Shown in pieces: positions 24,899-36,760 of a stretch of 64,000 nt of DNA (its first letter is position 1; every line of letters begins with the position of its first letter). A model generated the notes under the pieces. It was not told the DNA's origin. It did no database searches and saw nothing but the letters and a program-made list of their open reading frames with translations. The position numbers and the translations under genes were made by a program. Where the stretch lies: NCBI RefSeq assembly GCF_039555335.1, contig NC_092646.1:58074946-58138945 (forward strand), written 5' to 3'. The DNA comes from Amphiura filiformis. Taxonomy: Eukaryota.

Positions 24899-26216
24899 CT
24901 ACAGTAATGTTAAATAAAATGATAAAACATTTATTAAATGTGGGTGGTCTAATTGTGTTGTCATGATATTTTCTATCACCAAAACATTTGTATTCCATGT
25001 TTTGAGTTCAATTGTTCCTGTGCTTCTATATGCTCAATATTTGGTATTAGCAGAAAGCTGGGCCTTCAATTAACACTTTTCCCTTCCCCAGTCCCCCATC
25101 ATTCAATGTTGGGACACTTTGGAGACACACTGAACACATTTGGATGTCTCAACATTGCATGGGGTGTGGGGAGATAAAATTTCCCCTAAAGACGCTTAAA
25201 TGTTTCAAGACTTTTTTCGAGGATTGTAGGTAACCTGTCACACCTATTATCTTACTATAAATAGGCTAATGTTGTATGTGTGTGTGTAGGGGTGTGTGTT
25301 TGTATGTATGTGGTTTATGTAAAAGGCTCCGTCAGTTTCGATCCAAATGTCGCCAAATTCATACGGGAGATCGAGGAATATACGGGAAATTGCCTGGACT
25401 TTATTTGGTTGAAATCGGTCAAGAATTGGCTGCAAAAACAGTGAAAATATGGGTAAAAAGCGGGTTTTTGTTATGAAAATCAGTTGCCAGCCTGCGCGTC
25501 ACTGCAGCTGGCAGGCAGCGTCGGCGCTCGGCGTAACGCGCACTATGCCAATCTTGGCGAAGCGGCGCAGAGCCACGCGACTTGCGATCCAGAGACCAGT
25601 GGACATGATAATACAGAAAGAAGGAAAAATAAATAAAAATTTAAGGGCAAAAAGGTACATGGACGGGTCACGGGATTATGATAAAGATGAACACGTCCGC
25701 AAAAAAAAAGAAGCTATAATAATGATAACAGAAAAAAAAAAAAAACATGGAAACGGGAAATCACAAGCAGCAAATAAAAAAATGAAGCTAAAAGGGAAAT
25801 GTAACAAATAACAGATGGGAAAAAAATGGGAACGGGTTTAAATAAATAAATAACATGGAATTAACGTAAAATCACAAGCTAAGCAGCAAATTTTTTTTTT
25901 TTAATGGGAACAAAATAGACCCATGTAGAAGAAACTGAAAAGAAAGGAAAAAGGAAATGTAAGAAGAGACAGATTTATATAAATAAAATGTATCTTTTCG
26001 ATGATTCTACCTGTTCAGTAATTCTTCCTGTTATAGTGAACGCTCCCATTTACTCATCTAGCGGAGACCCGCGCGAAGCGCGGGTATCCCGCTAGTCTAG
26101 TTAACCAAGTTCTTGTGTAGATCAAAATTAATCATAGATGCACATTTACATTACATTATAATGTTTGTTAACTTTTGAAGAATACATTTAAAAATACTAA
26201 ATATATTACAACCTAC

Positions 26217-26354
26217 CTGGATAAAATTCCCACAAAATTGGTTGGTCTTGAAGCATGGAACAGCATCTTCTTGTTGCCAAGGTGACTGGCAAAGCTGGTC
26301 TCTTCCACAGCTCTACTCACTGCATATATATGGCTAATTTCTATGTTGTTATTT
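26217..26354 (-). CDS. PARP4: PARP4-like exon: PARP catalytic domain with the H-G-S-type motif (NNNIEISHIYAVSRAVEETSFASHLGNKKMLFHASRPTNFVGILS)
   Basis: Acceptor ttactttcag|A and donor AG|gtaggt. The F-H-A-S-R-x-T-N-x-x-G-I-L motif corresponds to the PARP W-H-G-S-R..N..G-I-L motif. Confidence 0.8.
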
Positions 26355-26690
26355 CTGAAAGTAAATCATACATAACCAAGGATAAAGAGCACAGTTTAAT
26401 AGTCTCTTCCAAAGTCCTACACTGCAAAGATTTACCTAATTGCGCATATCATGGGCTCCCTTGACATAACTGGAATTTTAGGCACAAACTGAAAGTGTCC
26501 TCCCATCAAAAATCCCACCAGCAAATAAGGACACAGACCCTTAATTCTTGTTGGGATTTTCAGAGGAAGGAGCTCTCTATTTGTGCAATTTACCCTAAGG
26601 CAAAGGAGCTCTCATGTGCGCCATTAGGCAAATCATTACGGTATATATGTCTAGGACATATTGTAATTATAATAACGAACTAACACCTAC

Positions 26691-26851
26691 CCAGTCTGAG
26701 ATGACAGCACCACATTCTTGATATCATTGAATTCATGGTGATTCTCTGGCAAGCTTTCTATATGGCAACGTAGGGCACGATACTTGGCATCTAAACTGCT
26801 GCGTGTAGACCAATTGGTAGCTTCACTTACACCAACAATGTCTTTAACAAG
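26691..26851 (-). CDS. PARP4: PARP4-like exon: end of the PARP regulatory domain and start of the catalytic domain (LVKDIVGVSEATNWSTRSSLDAKYRALRCHIESLPENHHEFNDIKNVVLSSQT)
   Basis: Acceptor ctttgcag|C and donor GG|gtaggtg. The K-Y-x-x-L-x-C-x-I-E..L motif is present. Confidence 0.75.
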
Positions 26852-27349
26852 CTGCAAAGAGTGTAATTACATAATGAGAATTACTACTGAGAGAGATAAA
26901 AACTTTTCAAATACTAAACATTAAAAAGTGGCAAAACCAAAGTCTCAGAACAGAACCAAATTATGAATGTTTATCCAATATTTTCAGTGTCCTTCAGTGT
27001 ATATAATTAGTTATATACTGTACCTCATATTTAGATTCCTGTCATCTGATTGGGTAAAAGTGCAGTCATTGAATTAGCTATGCCCTCCTTTTTAAGAATT
27101 ACGTAAAGGTTATATATTTTATAAAGGTTATTCCCAAGACATAGTCATTTTCACATCATTGGTGTGCGTCCCGATCAAACTCTACGCACACAATGGCGTG
27201 TTCACATTACGCATGCGGCGCCGACATGCTGCCTGCCATGTTGTGGTGACACAATCGGTTCATAACAAACACTTTCTTTGTAAATTTTACCATAGCCTAT
27301 GAGCAATAAAATAGGCCTTTTAACCAATCAGATGACAAAAATCTATATT

Positions 27350-27530
27350 AATGAGGTATATAAAACAAATATTGACTGCTTTATTCGGGTCATGGTTAAA
27401 ATTATAGGCCTGCGGTGATCTCAAAACCATGCTATGACCCGAGGCACAGGTCATAGCATGGTTTTGAGATCACCGCAGGCCTATAATTTTAACCATGACC
27501 CGAATATAAAGCAGTCAATATTTGCAAACT
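27350..27530. repeat. Palindromic MITE-like element of about 180 bp
   Basis: caaatattgactgctttattcgggtcatggttaaaattataggcctgcggtgatctcaaaaccatgctatgacc is mirrored about a centre at 27440. Confidence 0.7.
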
Positions 27531-28047
27531 AGCCACCTGTCCACCCATCATTTTGGATGGGAAGTCTCTCATCTCGTATAGAAAGGCAAATGCCTTTCAC
27601 AAGGCTGACTTACATATAGCTGTTGTAATAGTTTATTGAACTTGAATTTTTATATAAGATCATGCTCTATGTGTTCAAATGTCTGCATGGATATGGACCA
27701 AATTATCTCATTGAATGAATTTCATTATACAACCAAACTCGTCTCGGCTTGCGTTCTGCAACAGACACTACACGTCTCTCTGTACCAAATTTCAACCCCA
27801 AAGGCCTGCAATCAGCTTTCGACAAGAGTTTTTTCTCTCACCGCACCTGCACTCTGGAACTCACTTCCATCTGAACTCCGTACTGCTGCTTCTCTGCCAA
27901 GTTTCAAGAAAGGTCTCAAAACCTTCCTGTTCCCACAATAATCTGGTGGTTTTGTTTCAGTTTGCTGTTTTATTTTGCCTTTCAAATATTTTTGTGTTCC
28001 ATCTTGGCGCCGTGGTCTTTATGAAATGGCGCCCTATAAATGCCTTG

Positions 28048-28159
28048 TAATGTAATGTAATGTAATGTAATGTAATGTAATGTAATGTAATGTAATGTAA
28101 TGTAATGTAATGTAATGTAATGTAATGTAATGTAATGTAATGTAATGTAATGTAATGTA
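28048..28159. repeat. (TAATG)n pentanucleotide microsatellite, about 22 units
   Basis: Perfect gtaat repeats; the translation is HYITL... Confidence 0.95.
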
Positions 28160-28230
28160 ACTTGAAGTAGATCAAAACTGTGATCTCTTATGGTAGTAAG
28201 CTGTACAATGGTGATAAATCTTCAACATAC

Positions 28231-28398
28231 CTGACATAGATTCTGTTTCTTGGCGATCATGCTACGTGTACTGATATCTTGCTGTGATTTCTGCGGTAGT
28301 AAGCTGTAGTATTCCTGGCTAAGTTCTTTGAGTTGAGTTGCGTTAGATTGGTCTAGTGATCGCTTGATTTGAAGTAGAACAGACTCTGCTTTCTCCAC
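28231..28398 (-). CDS. PARP4: PARP4-like exon: PARP regulatory (alpha-helical) domain (VEKAESVLLQIKRSLDQSNATQLKELSQEYYSLLPQKSQQDISTRSMIAKKQNLCQ)
   Basis: Acceptor tgctcatcag|G and donor CAG|gtatgt. Phase 0 at both ends. It contains the F/Y-Y-x-L-I/L-P motif of PARP regulatory domains. Confidence 0.7.
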
Positions 28399-31147
28399 CT
28401 GATGAGCATATGAAACAAATCAAGTGGTAAATTTCTGGACCAGGGTTCCAACTGGTTAACCTGAGGTGTCGGGAAGCCGTCAACATCTGGCGCCATTTCT
28501 CGTGAGGACGGGGGATGGGGTTACTCGCATAAATCTTTGGTAGGTAAATGCCACCCAGAATACAAAAATGTACGGACTGAAGTTTGTGGACATAAAATGG
28601 GGTCTCAGGAACTATAAATTGGGCTTTGTTCAGTGCCCTTTTGACAAATACTTTGCAGCAATATGTGCTTGGAGCTCAAATTTGAAGCTAAAGTTAATGT
28701 ATTGGAGGAAAATTCAGAGATGCAGTTTCACTAAAAAAAACCACAAAATGGTGAGAAAAACCTGAAAAACCTTTCCAGTATAAAAGCAAGTTATGAGTCT
28801 AACTAAATTTGGTATACGGCATAAAATCAATATCGGCATTATGCATTACCATAATAGTGGTTTATTTATTCGACCAAATTCATCCAATATTAACAACACA
28901 GCAGTGTTTTTAAAATTTAAAAAAAAAATAGAAAAGTTGTACTTACAGCGTTCAATGGTCATTAAATGTAAGCATTGTGTGGGGCATGTAAACCACACCA
29001 TATTTTTGCACTGAATTCAATTTTTTATTTAATCATCTTTATTAACAAAAGAAGAAGAACATATAACCCCAAGATCAACTGAGATCCATACTGATCTCAG
29101 GCAAGGTAAACACAATTACAAACAGCAAATAAACACATAAACAATGAGGAAATACATCATGGCGGTGAGAAAAAAGTTATATGACTTCTTGGACATTCCA
29201 CTTTGGCTCATGTCTTGAGTTGAAGATTGAATACGATGACATGAGGACAGACTTGGTAATTTGGTCTTTCAATACCTTGAATTTTTTTGGGGTAATAAGT
29301 TGTTTTGACAAACGAGTCAGCAAATATGATTTGCTTCAAAAATGAAAATGGGCACTTGTCGCCTTCAAACCTTCTAATATTATGCCTTCAAACCTAAACT
29401 GAGACCACAATACTCTGTCAATTGTAACAATTGTGTCAAAATTACCTTAGTTAATTTTTTATCCCTGGTGCTCTCAAATACAAATATAAGACAATTAATA
29501 GTTACAGTTAGGCGACGAAAAAAACCCTGTTCTACGGGAGGGCGCAGTCCCCGGCGCACAGTGTCAACACCCTGTATTATAAATATTTTTTTCCATACAG
29601 CTCAATACTCAATTAAAATCAATATTCTATTATTGACACAGATAAAGAAAGTTTACATATGCATTGTGTTATAAGACGTGCACCTGGAACTTAACTAAAT
29701 GGGCTAAACGCGTTCCTTTATACCTAGAAGTAGAACTGTCATTCTCAAAATTAAATATATCTTAATTTTTCATTGGATTTCAAATTTTTTACATTAAAAA
29801 TGCAGTAAAAGATATCCACAGCAAGCTGCAAGGCCCTGCTAATTAGTGTACTGCTTTTCGAGTGAGTGTACTGGAAACAAAACCCTGGTTTTACCTGAAA
29901 ACAAATATTTTTCTTGTAATAGAAACATCATATGGGGTACTAGAGCATGCACAAATCGTAATAATGTGTAGAATATAGAAACGCTGTGGTATCTCATATG
30001 ATAGTCATGGTATGCTTAGCCTGAGTCGCTCGGCCTATCTCGAACAAAATCGCGATACGTAGCTGTTAAAAAACGAGAGGATTCGCTGTACTATCACAGC
30101 AATTTTTAACACGAAGATATAGGGAAGATGACGATGTGGGGCGGACCTTTCAAGTAGAGTCGATCAGTTGGGCGGTTTGTTTTTTCTCTAAATGACCCTA
30201 AAATTTCACCAAAATCTGAAAAATCAGAAGATATTTTGCAAACATATTTTCTAAAATGTTCAGCAAAATTAATAAACATTGGCCCAAAAATGGCTAATTT
30301 TACATAATTTTAGAAAATTCAAAAAAAAATTCTCCAAAGCGCAAATTCTGGGTCGGTCTTTTTTTTCTCGTCGTCTTATAGGCATATTTTTTTTACTTTT
30401 TGTCTTTACATCATCAACATCTTTCCCACCAGACTACTTTGTAGTCCGATTGTTTTTCTTTTTTATTTATTATTATTATTTTTGGCATTTTTCTTCTTAG
30501 ATACTCAGTGCACTTATCAAGAGCAAGTCAGACAACTGGTACAATGTCAACCATTTCTTTTTTTCAGATTATCTCAAAAACTACTACTGAGAGAGGGCAC
30601 TGTATATGTATACCGTTATTTTTCATACTATTTTACATCAAGAGAGGGCTCTCTTTATGTTACTGTAAGATTTGTGTCCCATCAACAACCTGAGAGTGGT
30701 CATTGGATTGGGAGCATACTCAAAGTCAACAGTAACCATAGACATACCACCTAGACCTGTAACTGCCCATCCCTAACCATGGCAGTAGGTGAAGCCACGT
30801 ATCCAAGGTGATTTTGGTCGGGTGGTCGGACGCGGAGAAATAAGCGTTCATGTCTAAAACGAAAAACGCGATCGTTTGCGTGATTGCTGCGCCGTTATCG
30901 CCAGCGTGAAATGCAACATGTTCTGTAGACGCGAACATGTCTGCTTGTTTGCGTCAGGGTTGCGTCCTTGTCAGGCGTTGCTAAGCAGTGTTGACTTCAC
31001 TACGCAAACCAAAGTTATAGGTCTAGGTTCTTGTTTGTCTGGGACAGTAACAGTAAAGGGAGCCCTCTCTTGTGGAGAAATTAATAGTGTTACTATACGT
31101 TAATTGGTGGTGCTATAGCAGTGTATAGGTGATTTTGCAAAGCAGTC

Positions 31148-31448
31148 AGGGGCTGTGCAATAATTATGAGCCCTGGGGAGGGTAAAATTGGGGGAAGAAA
31201 TTTTGGCAAGCCAAAGGGGGGCAAGCAAATTTTGGCACCAATTTGGGGCGCCTTTTAAATAAAGCGCTCTAAAAGGCTTAGGAAAACAACGGAAACGCTT
31301 AAATATGCAAATTTGGCATGTTCAAGGGGGGGCAAAGATTTTTTGGCGGGACGAGAGGGGGGGGGGCAAGCGATTTTTGGCGGGCCGAGAGGGGGTGGGG
31401 GAAAGCGATTTTTGGCGAGCTGTTTGGAAATGTTATTGCACAGCCCCT
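31148..31448. mobile_element. MITE family B full copy of about 300 bp
   Basis: TIR ggggctgtgcaataattat and its inverted counterpart ttattgcacagcccc. Internal G-rich boxes (ggcgggacgagaggggggggggcaagcgatttttggcg) are shared with 40600-41040. Confidence 0.7.
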
Positions 31449-31643
31449 CAGTGGTATCCGAGAGTGATATAGATCTAGATTGAATGAATTGAAAATAACA
31501 ATGTACGTGAAGCAGTGATTAATACTTGACTGTAGTATTGCTAAGATCACACAAAATAATGCCGACATCACACAAAATAAAGTGGAAAATAAAAAAAATA
31601 AAAAAACAAATATCGACTATGGCATAGTCTACTTTCACACAAA

Positions 31644-31781
31644 TATGCCTGACCTTATCAATTGATATAGTTTCTACAGGAACCATCAAAATATCAGATA
31701 ACTGTCCCAATGCTTCCTGCCATACATGGTCTACCAGACTTGCTACTTCTTCTGTTAATGGCTCCTGAGACATGCCTCTCT
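31644..31781 (-). CDS. PARP4: PARP4-like exon: start of the PARP regulatory domain (VMLERGMSQEPLTEEVASLVDHVWQEALGQLSDILMVPVETISIDK)
   Basis: Acceptor tcatgttacag|G and donor AAG|gtcagg, which is a weak donor. Phase 0. It is contiguous in sense with the exon at 28231-28398. Confidence 0.6.
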
Positions 31782-31859
31782 CTAGCATCACCTGTAACAT
31801 GAAAGAGCAGAAAGTTTGAGGTATGAGAGAGAGATGTACCACTTACACTTATACTTAGG

Positions 31860-32320
31860 TTGATGGGCAATAGATATGTTATTTAGCCTTTATGATCCCA
31901 TATCCAAATTCATGCTGCCAATTGGAGTCTATCTTACTCTTGAATTCATTCACTGACTTTGCCATCACAACATTTCCTGGGAGACTGTTCCAGTGGTTAA
32001 TAACTGTTATGGAGAAAAACTTGGTCCTACAGTTCAGCCCTTTCTTCAGTGCTGGGGTAAACAGCTTGTCACTGTGCCCTCTCAGTTGGTTCTTGTCTCT
32101 TCTGAACATAGTCTGCTCTTGAATGCCTTTCAGACCGTTTAGGATTTTGAAGGTCTCAATCAGGTCACCTCTCATTCGTGTCCACTCTAGACTGTATAAC
32201 TTCAGCTTTTTCAGCTTTTGAGAGTACTCTTTTGATCTTAGACTTGGAATCAGCTTTGTTGCCCAGCGATGTACTTTCTCAATCATGTTTACATCCTTCC
32301 TCTTGATTATTACCATCTTT
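31860..32320 (-). mobile_element. 5'-truncated non-LTR retrotransposon (CR1/L2-like); 3' part of ORF2
   Basis: The minus-strand ORF ..MIEKVHRWATKLIPSLRSKEYSQKLKKLKLYSLEWTRMRGDLIETFKILNG.. matches the C-terminal region conserved in CR1/L2-type LINEs. Confidence 0.6.
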
Positions 32321-32399
32321 ACATGAAGTTATATGAAGTTGTGATTTGTTGAAATGCATCTTGTGAAAGGACTGAAGATATATGGATTACCCTGCAGTA

Positions 32400-32770
32400 T
32401 ATTGGTGATCCAGTCCATCTGAATTATAACAGCTTCTTTGTCTTGGTCATGTGTCATGGTGACTTGGTCTTACCTTTCTGCATCTTGGTATACTGCTCTT
32501 CACCTTGGTTATTTTCCATGCCAACTTTATCTTACCTTTCTGTATCTTGGTGATCCAATCCATCTGGGTCAGAACACCTTCTTTATCTTGGTCATGTTCC
32601 ATGGTGAGTTTGTCTTACCCTTCTGCATTTTGGGTGGTCCAAAACATCTGGATAACTGCTCTTCACCTTGGTTATTTTCCTTGCAAACTTTGTCTTACCT
32701 TTCTGTATCTTGGTGTTCCTATCCATCTGGACAACATCTTCTTTGTCTTGGTCATGTTCCAAGGTGAGGA
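32400..32770. repeat. Tandem repeat with a unit of about 169 bp, about 2.2 copies
   Basis: ctcttcaccttggttattttcc recurs at 32488 and 32657. The three overlapping plus-strand ORFs are artefacts of the repeat. Confidence 0.8.
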
Positions 32771-32870
32771 AGTTCTCTGGTTGTATAGAAAGCTGTAGAC
32801 TTGCAGAGCTTCTTCGCTGGTCTCACTGTACCGACAATCACGGACACCACCTGTGTCACTCTGTAAATTA
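32709..32870 (-). CDS. PARP4: Tentative PARP4-like exon upstream of the regulatory domain (SDTGGVRDCRYSETSEEALQVYSFLYNQRTSSPWNMTKTKKMLSRWIGTPRYRK)
   Basis: Good acceptor ttctaatttacag|A and good donor AAG|gtaaga. Phase 0 in and out, as required between 33832-33981 and 31644-31781. Similarity to PARP4 is weak, and the exon overlaps a tandem repeat. Confidence 0.3.
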
Positions 32871-33094
32871 GAAGACATCAGAAATTGTAGTATTATAAAC
32901 GTGGAAATTTTGGGGAACATTAGTTTTCACAATTTTTGCCATATTTTGATCATATATGGCGAGTAGCAGGCACAGTGCGCAGCTCAACATTCAAATGTTA
33001 AAATGTAGAGCCATAGAAACCTGGACTGCATACAATATTGAGCATTGACTATAGAGTGATTTGACCATTCACCTAGCATCACTAGCTAAGGACT

Positions 33095-33350
33095 TAGGGA
33101 GCACGGTGGCCGAGTGGAACGGGTTCCGACTCATAATCGGAAGGTTGCAGCTTCGAGCCCCAGCGATGCCATCATGTTGTGCCCTTGAGTAAGGCACTTT
33201 ATCTCGATTACTCCTCTCCACCCAGGTGTATAAATGGGTACCAACATTCTTAAATGCTTGGAAGGTAACAGACTCACTGTGGAGGAGGTGTAGCGAATCC
33301 CCCTAGCAACATTACATGGAGGAGTCTGGCCCAATCGTCAATGAAAGAGA
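33095..33350 (+). mobile_element. tRNA-derived SINE with a tRNA-Met-like head
   Basis: Head: ggtggccgagtgg..tccga-ctCATaa-tcgga..ttcgagcccc. The anticodon arm is perfect with anticodon CAT. The body (cccaggtgtataaatgggtacc) is shared with the SINEs at 37910 and 38938. Confidence 0.65.
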
Positions 33351-33643
33351 GATGGGCACTCTGATCACTGTTTATACAGAATCGTCTTCTTTACCTTGAC
33401 ATTTTTTTACCTAGCATCAGGCTTGCGAGTGATTAACCACATATATATTGTTACTAGCATTACAAAGGTTTGCGCATGTAGCACTTAGCATACAGTATCA
33501 GCACGAGGCATGCTACTAACACTAAACAAGCACATACTTCAAACTGAAGTTACTGGGCAAATGGAAAAAAAATCCAGAGGGGCCCTTCATGAGTGACATG
33601 CAAACATGGCAGTTGGTTTTCTTTGGGTCTAATCTCTTTGCTT

Positions 33644-33820
33644 AGGGCTATTTTAGTTGAAATCCATACACCCCCGTATGGAAGACATGACCTTAATCTC
33701 TTACACAGGGGTGTAGATTTTAAATGGAGTCACTCATTCAGGTAACCCCTCCTGTGTGGAAGATTAAGGTCATATTTTAATAGGGGGTGTATGGATTTCA
33801 ACTGGAATAGTCCATTCTAA
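33644..33820. mobile_element. MITE family A full copy
   Basis: gggctattttagttgaaatccatacaccccc ... gggggtgtatggatttcaactggaatagtcca. Confidence 0.8.
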
Positions 33821-33831
33821 TCTATTCTCAC

Positions 33832-33981
33832 CTTCATATCCGATAATTTCCCATGATGCACCATCACTCTGAATGGATGCGTGACAACATCCCTGATGTT
33901 AGCGCCTCCTGGTGACAGCTGTGGAATAACATGCAACTCCAGAAGATAAAAGATACACTCCTTGGTTTTGGGGTCAGTTTT
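33832..33981 (-). CDS. PARP4: Probable PARP4-like exon upstream of the regulatory domain (KTDPKTKECIFYLLELHVIPQLSPGGANIRDVVTHPFRVMVHHGKLSDMK)
   Basis: Acceptor ttcatacag|A and donor AAG|gtgaga. Phase 0 at both ends. The C-x-F-L/Y-L..H motif resembles the PARP4 region that precedes the regulatory domain. Confidence 0.45.
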
Positions 33982-34494
33982 CTGTATGAATATAGATAGA
34001 ATCAAGAAAATGTTCAAAATGACAATTGTTGATTAAACAATGCCCATGCAATCTTTATACCATATATCCTCGAATAGTCACCCCTGGGAGCGTTGCATTT
34101 TCCGATAGGGGGCGTTTATTAGAGGTCATTTTTATAATGATAATTCCTGTTAAAATAATTAGGGAAGCTTACAACTCACACTGAAATGATGAACTATGCA
34201 CTAAGGAACAATGACTTCCGATTCACTTCCTGGTTTACAATCAGATTCTAAAGGCTACTCAGTCGTGGCCATTGAAAAATGTAAGTGTTATGAGATTTTA
34301 CGCACTGATTTCATGAACTTTTCAGGTGAATTTCGTAGTATTGCATTCATAAACATGTGAAATTGGGCCATTTGTTCAGGGGGTCTTATAGTTTGAGGGT
34401 TATTTTCATCACAAAAACTGCTGGGGGTGTTTATTTGAAGGGGAGCGACTATTCTAAGAAATACGGTAATTCAAATTACTTTTCATTTGAGATG

Positions 34495-34570
34495 GCCAGG
34501 AAAGAACAAATTCATTTTTGAACCCAGGACCTCTGATTCTCTAGACAAGAGCACTACCACTGTGCATCAC
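34495..34570 (-). other. tRNA-like fragment (tRNA pseudogene or SINE head)
   Basis: On the minus strand: gcacagtggtagtgctcttgtctagagaatcagaggtcctgggttcaaaaatg. The D-arm and T-arm boxes are present; the anticodon arm is imperfect. Confidence 0.4.
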
Positions 34571-34602
34571 ATTTAAGTCAATTTCAATAATTTAACAATG
34601 TG

Positions 34603-35160
34603 CTATTACAGTTGAAATCTATACACCCCATATGGAAGACATGAGCTAATCTCCCGCACAGGGAGTGTGAATTTCATACTCCCTGTGTGGGAGCTTAAAA
34701 AAAAAAAAAACAATTGTTTGTTTGTCCTCCACAGCTTTGAAAGAGGACGTGCGGGCAGGCGGATTTTTTTTGATTTTTTGATTTTTTTTTTCGGATTTGG
34801 CGTATTTCTGGACCTTGCTAGAGCTAAATGCTACAATCATTCATGGTGACTTAAAAAAAACAACATTTTGTTTCTTTAATATGCAGTTAAAGTTATAATT
34901 TGTGTTCATGTCATAGTCTTTTAATGATTTGGTGGACTTTTTTTAATTTTCAACCATGAAAGAGGTCCAGAGATACTCCAAATCTGGAAAAAAATTGAAT
35001 TTTACTTATTTTTATTTTTAAAAAAAAATAGAAAAAAAAAATATTGGTCAGGCCTTCATCTGAGGAGCGGGCAGTGGAGGACAAACAAACAACTTTTTTT
35101 TTTTTTTTTTGGCCTTAAGGTCATGTCTTCCATAGGGGTGTATGGATTTCAACAGCAATA
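34603..35160. mobile_element. MITE-A copy interrupted by a nested palindromic insertion of about 410 bp (34700-35108)
   Basis: Left terminus at 34603-34700 and right terminus at 35108-35160. The insert carries inverted ends: gttgtttgtttgtcctccacagctttgaaagagg at 34717 and its reverse complement at 35045-35095. Poly-A and poly-T tracts flank the insert. Confidence 0.6.
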
Positions 35161-35477
35161 CACCAATGCACATCATAAGTTATCTAGAGATGCCCATAGG
35201 TATAACTCTCTCAATGCCACTGCAGACGACAAGATTCCAATATTTTTTTTAATTTCAAAAATTTCAGAATTGTATATTCTCATGACCATATTTAGAACCA
35301 GCATGAAAAGAGTATAAACAAGCCTAGTATTGGTTCATAGCTCTTGATATTTTGAGAACATATCTTAAACTTTTTTTATGTTGAAGCCTATGGCTAGCAT
35401 GCAGAACATTAAAATCACATCAAAAATTGACATTTTAAACAAGTGCATAAATACCTGTAGAAGACTACATTTGGCCA

Positions 35478-36112
35478 ATTCATAGCATTCATCTGGGTAT
35501 GCTGGTGCCTGGTCTGATCCCAAAGGATACACTCTGAAAACAATCAGTCAAAATAAAATAGTAAAAATCAGAAAAAACATATGCCAAACTGTCACCTTCC
35601 TAAGGCACCCAGGCAAATTCATAGCATTCATCTGGGTATGCTGGTGCCTGGTCTGACCCCAAAGGATACACTCTGAAAACAATCAGTCAAAATAAAATAG
35701 TAAAAATCAGAAAAAACATATGCCAAACTGTCACCTTCCTAAGGCACCCAGTCTAATTCATAGCATTCATCTGGGTATGCTGGTGCCTGGTCTGATCCCA
35801 AAGGATACACTCTGAAAACAATCAGTCAAAATAAAATAGTAAAAATCAGAAAAAACATATGCCAAACTGTCACCTTCCTAAGGCACCCAGTCTAATTCAT
35901 AGCATTCATCTGGGTATGCTGGTGCCTGGTCTGATCCCAAAGGATACACTCTGAAAACAATCAGTCAAAATAAAATAGTAAAAATCAGAAAAAACATATG
36001 CCAAACTGTCACCTTCCTAAGGCACCCAGTCTAATTCATAGCATTCATCTGGGTATGCTGGTGCCTGGTCTGATCCCAAAGGATACACCCTAAAAACAAT
36101 CAGTCGCTATTT
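35478..36112. repeat. Tandem repeat with a 139-bp unit x about 4.6
   Basis: ttcatagcattcatctgggtatgctggtgcctggtctga recurs at 35478, 35618, 35757, 35896 and 36035. Confidence 0.9.
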
Positions 36113-36379
36113 TTATTGAAAAAACAACTAACAAAATGCAAAACTATACTATGATAAGCTCGTAACAGGCAAGAATAACTTGTTTTCATACTGCAAGAAT
36201 TATTTGGTCTTATCACTGCACAAGTCATTAAGGTCTCAACTTACACCCGCGTAAAATTACAAAAGCATGCACCATTCACGCAATATGCAAATGGGCGACC
36301 GGTAGTTCCTGATACACGATGACAGGGTCAATGGCCGCTTCCACACAGTAACATACTTCTGAACTTGCTGTCAGGGTCC

Positions 36380-36760
36380 TGGAAACACTGTATGAGGTAT
36401 GATCGTTTTCGCCCACCTGGATATTTACCCACAATGCACTATTACACTCTGTTCTGAATGATCAATATCACTTACTGGGCTATTCTAGTTGAAATCCATA
36501 CACCCGCTATGGAAGACATGACCTTAATCTCCCACACAGGGAGTGTAGATATCAAATGGAGTCACTCCTTCAGGAAACTCCATTTGAAATTTAAACTCCC
36601 TATGTGTGAGATTAAGATCATGTCTTCCATAGGGGGTGTATGGATTTCAACTGGAATAGCCCAACAAGTGATATTGATCATTCAGAACAGAGTGTAATAG
36701 TGCATTGTGGGTAAACATCCAGGTGGGCAAAAAAGATCATACCTCATACAGTGTTTCTGC
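36380..36760. repeat. Extended palindrome: a MITE-A copy (36476-36662) flanked by roughly 95-bp inverted repeats
   Basis: gaaacactgtatgaggtatgatcgttttcgcccacctggatatttacccacaatgcactattacactctgttctgaatgatcaatatcactt (36385-36476) is the reverse complement of 36665-36758. Confidence 0.75.

Noticed and set aside
25449-25811. Plus-strand ORF of 120 aa rich in lysine and arginine
   Set aside because: It is a translation of an A-rich, low-complexity tract (aaaaa runs). It has no domain or splice context.
32438-32871. Three overlapping plus-strand ORFs (109, 97 and 67 aa)
   Set aside because: They are translations of the 169-bp tandem repeat in three frames. They are leucine-, serine- and cysteine-rich with no motifs.
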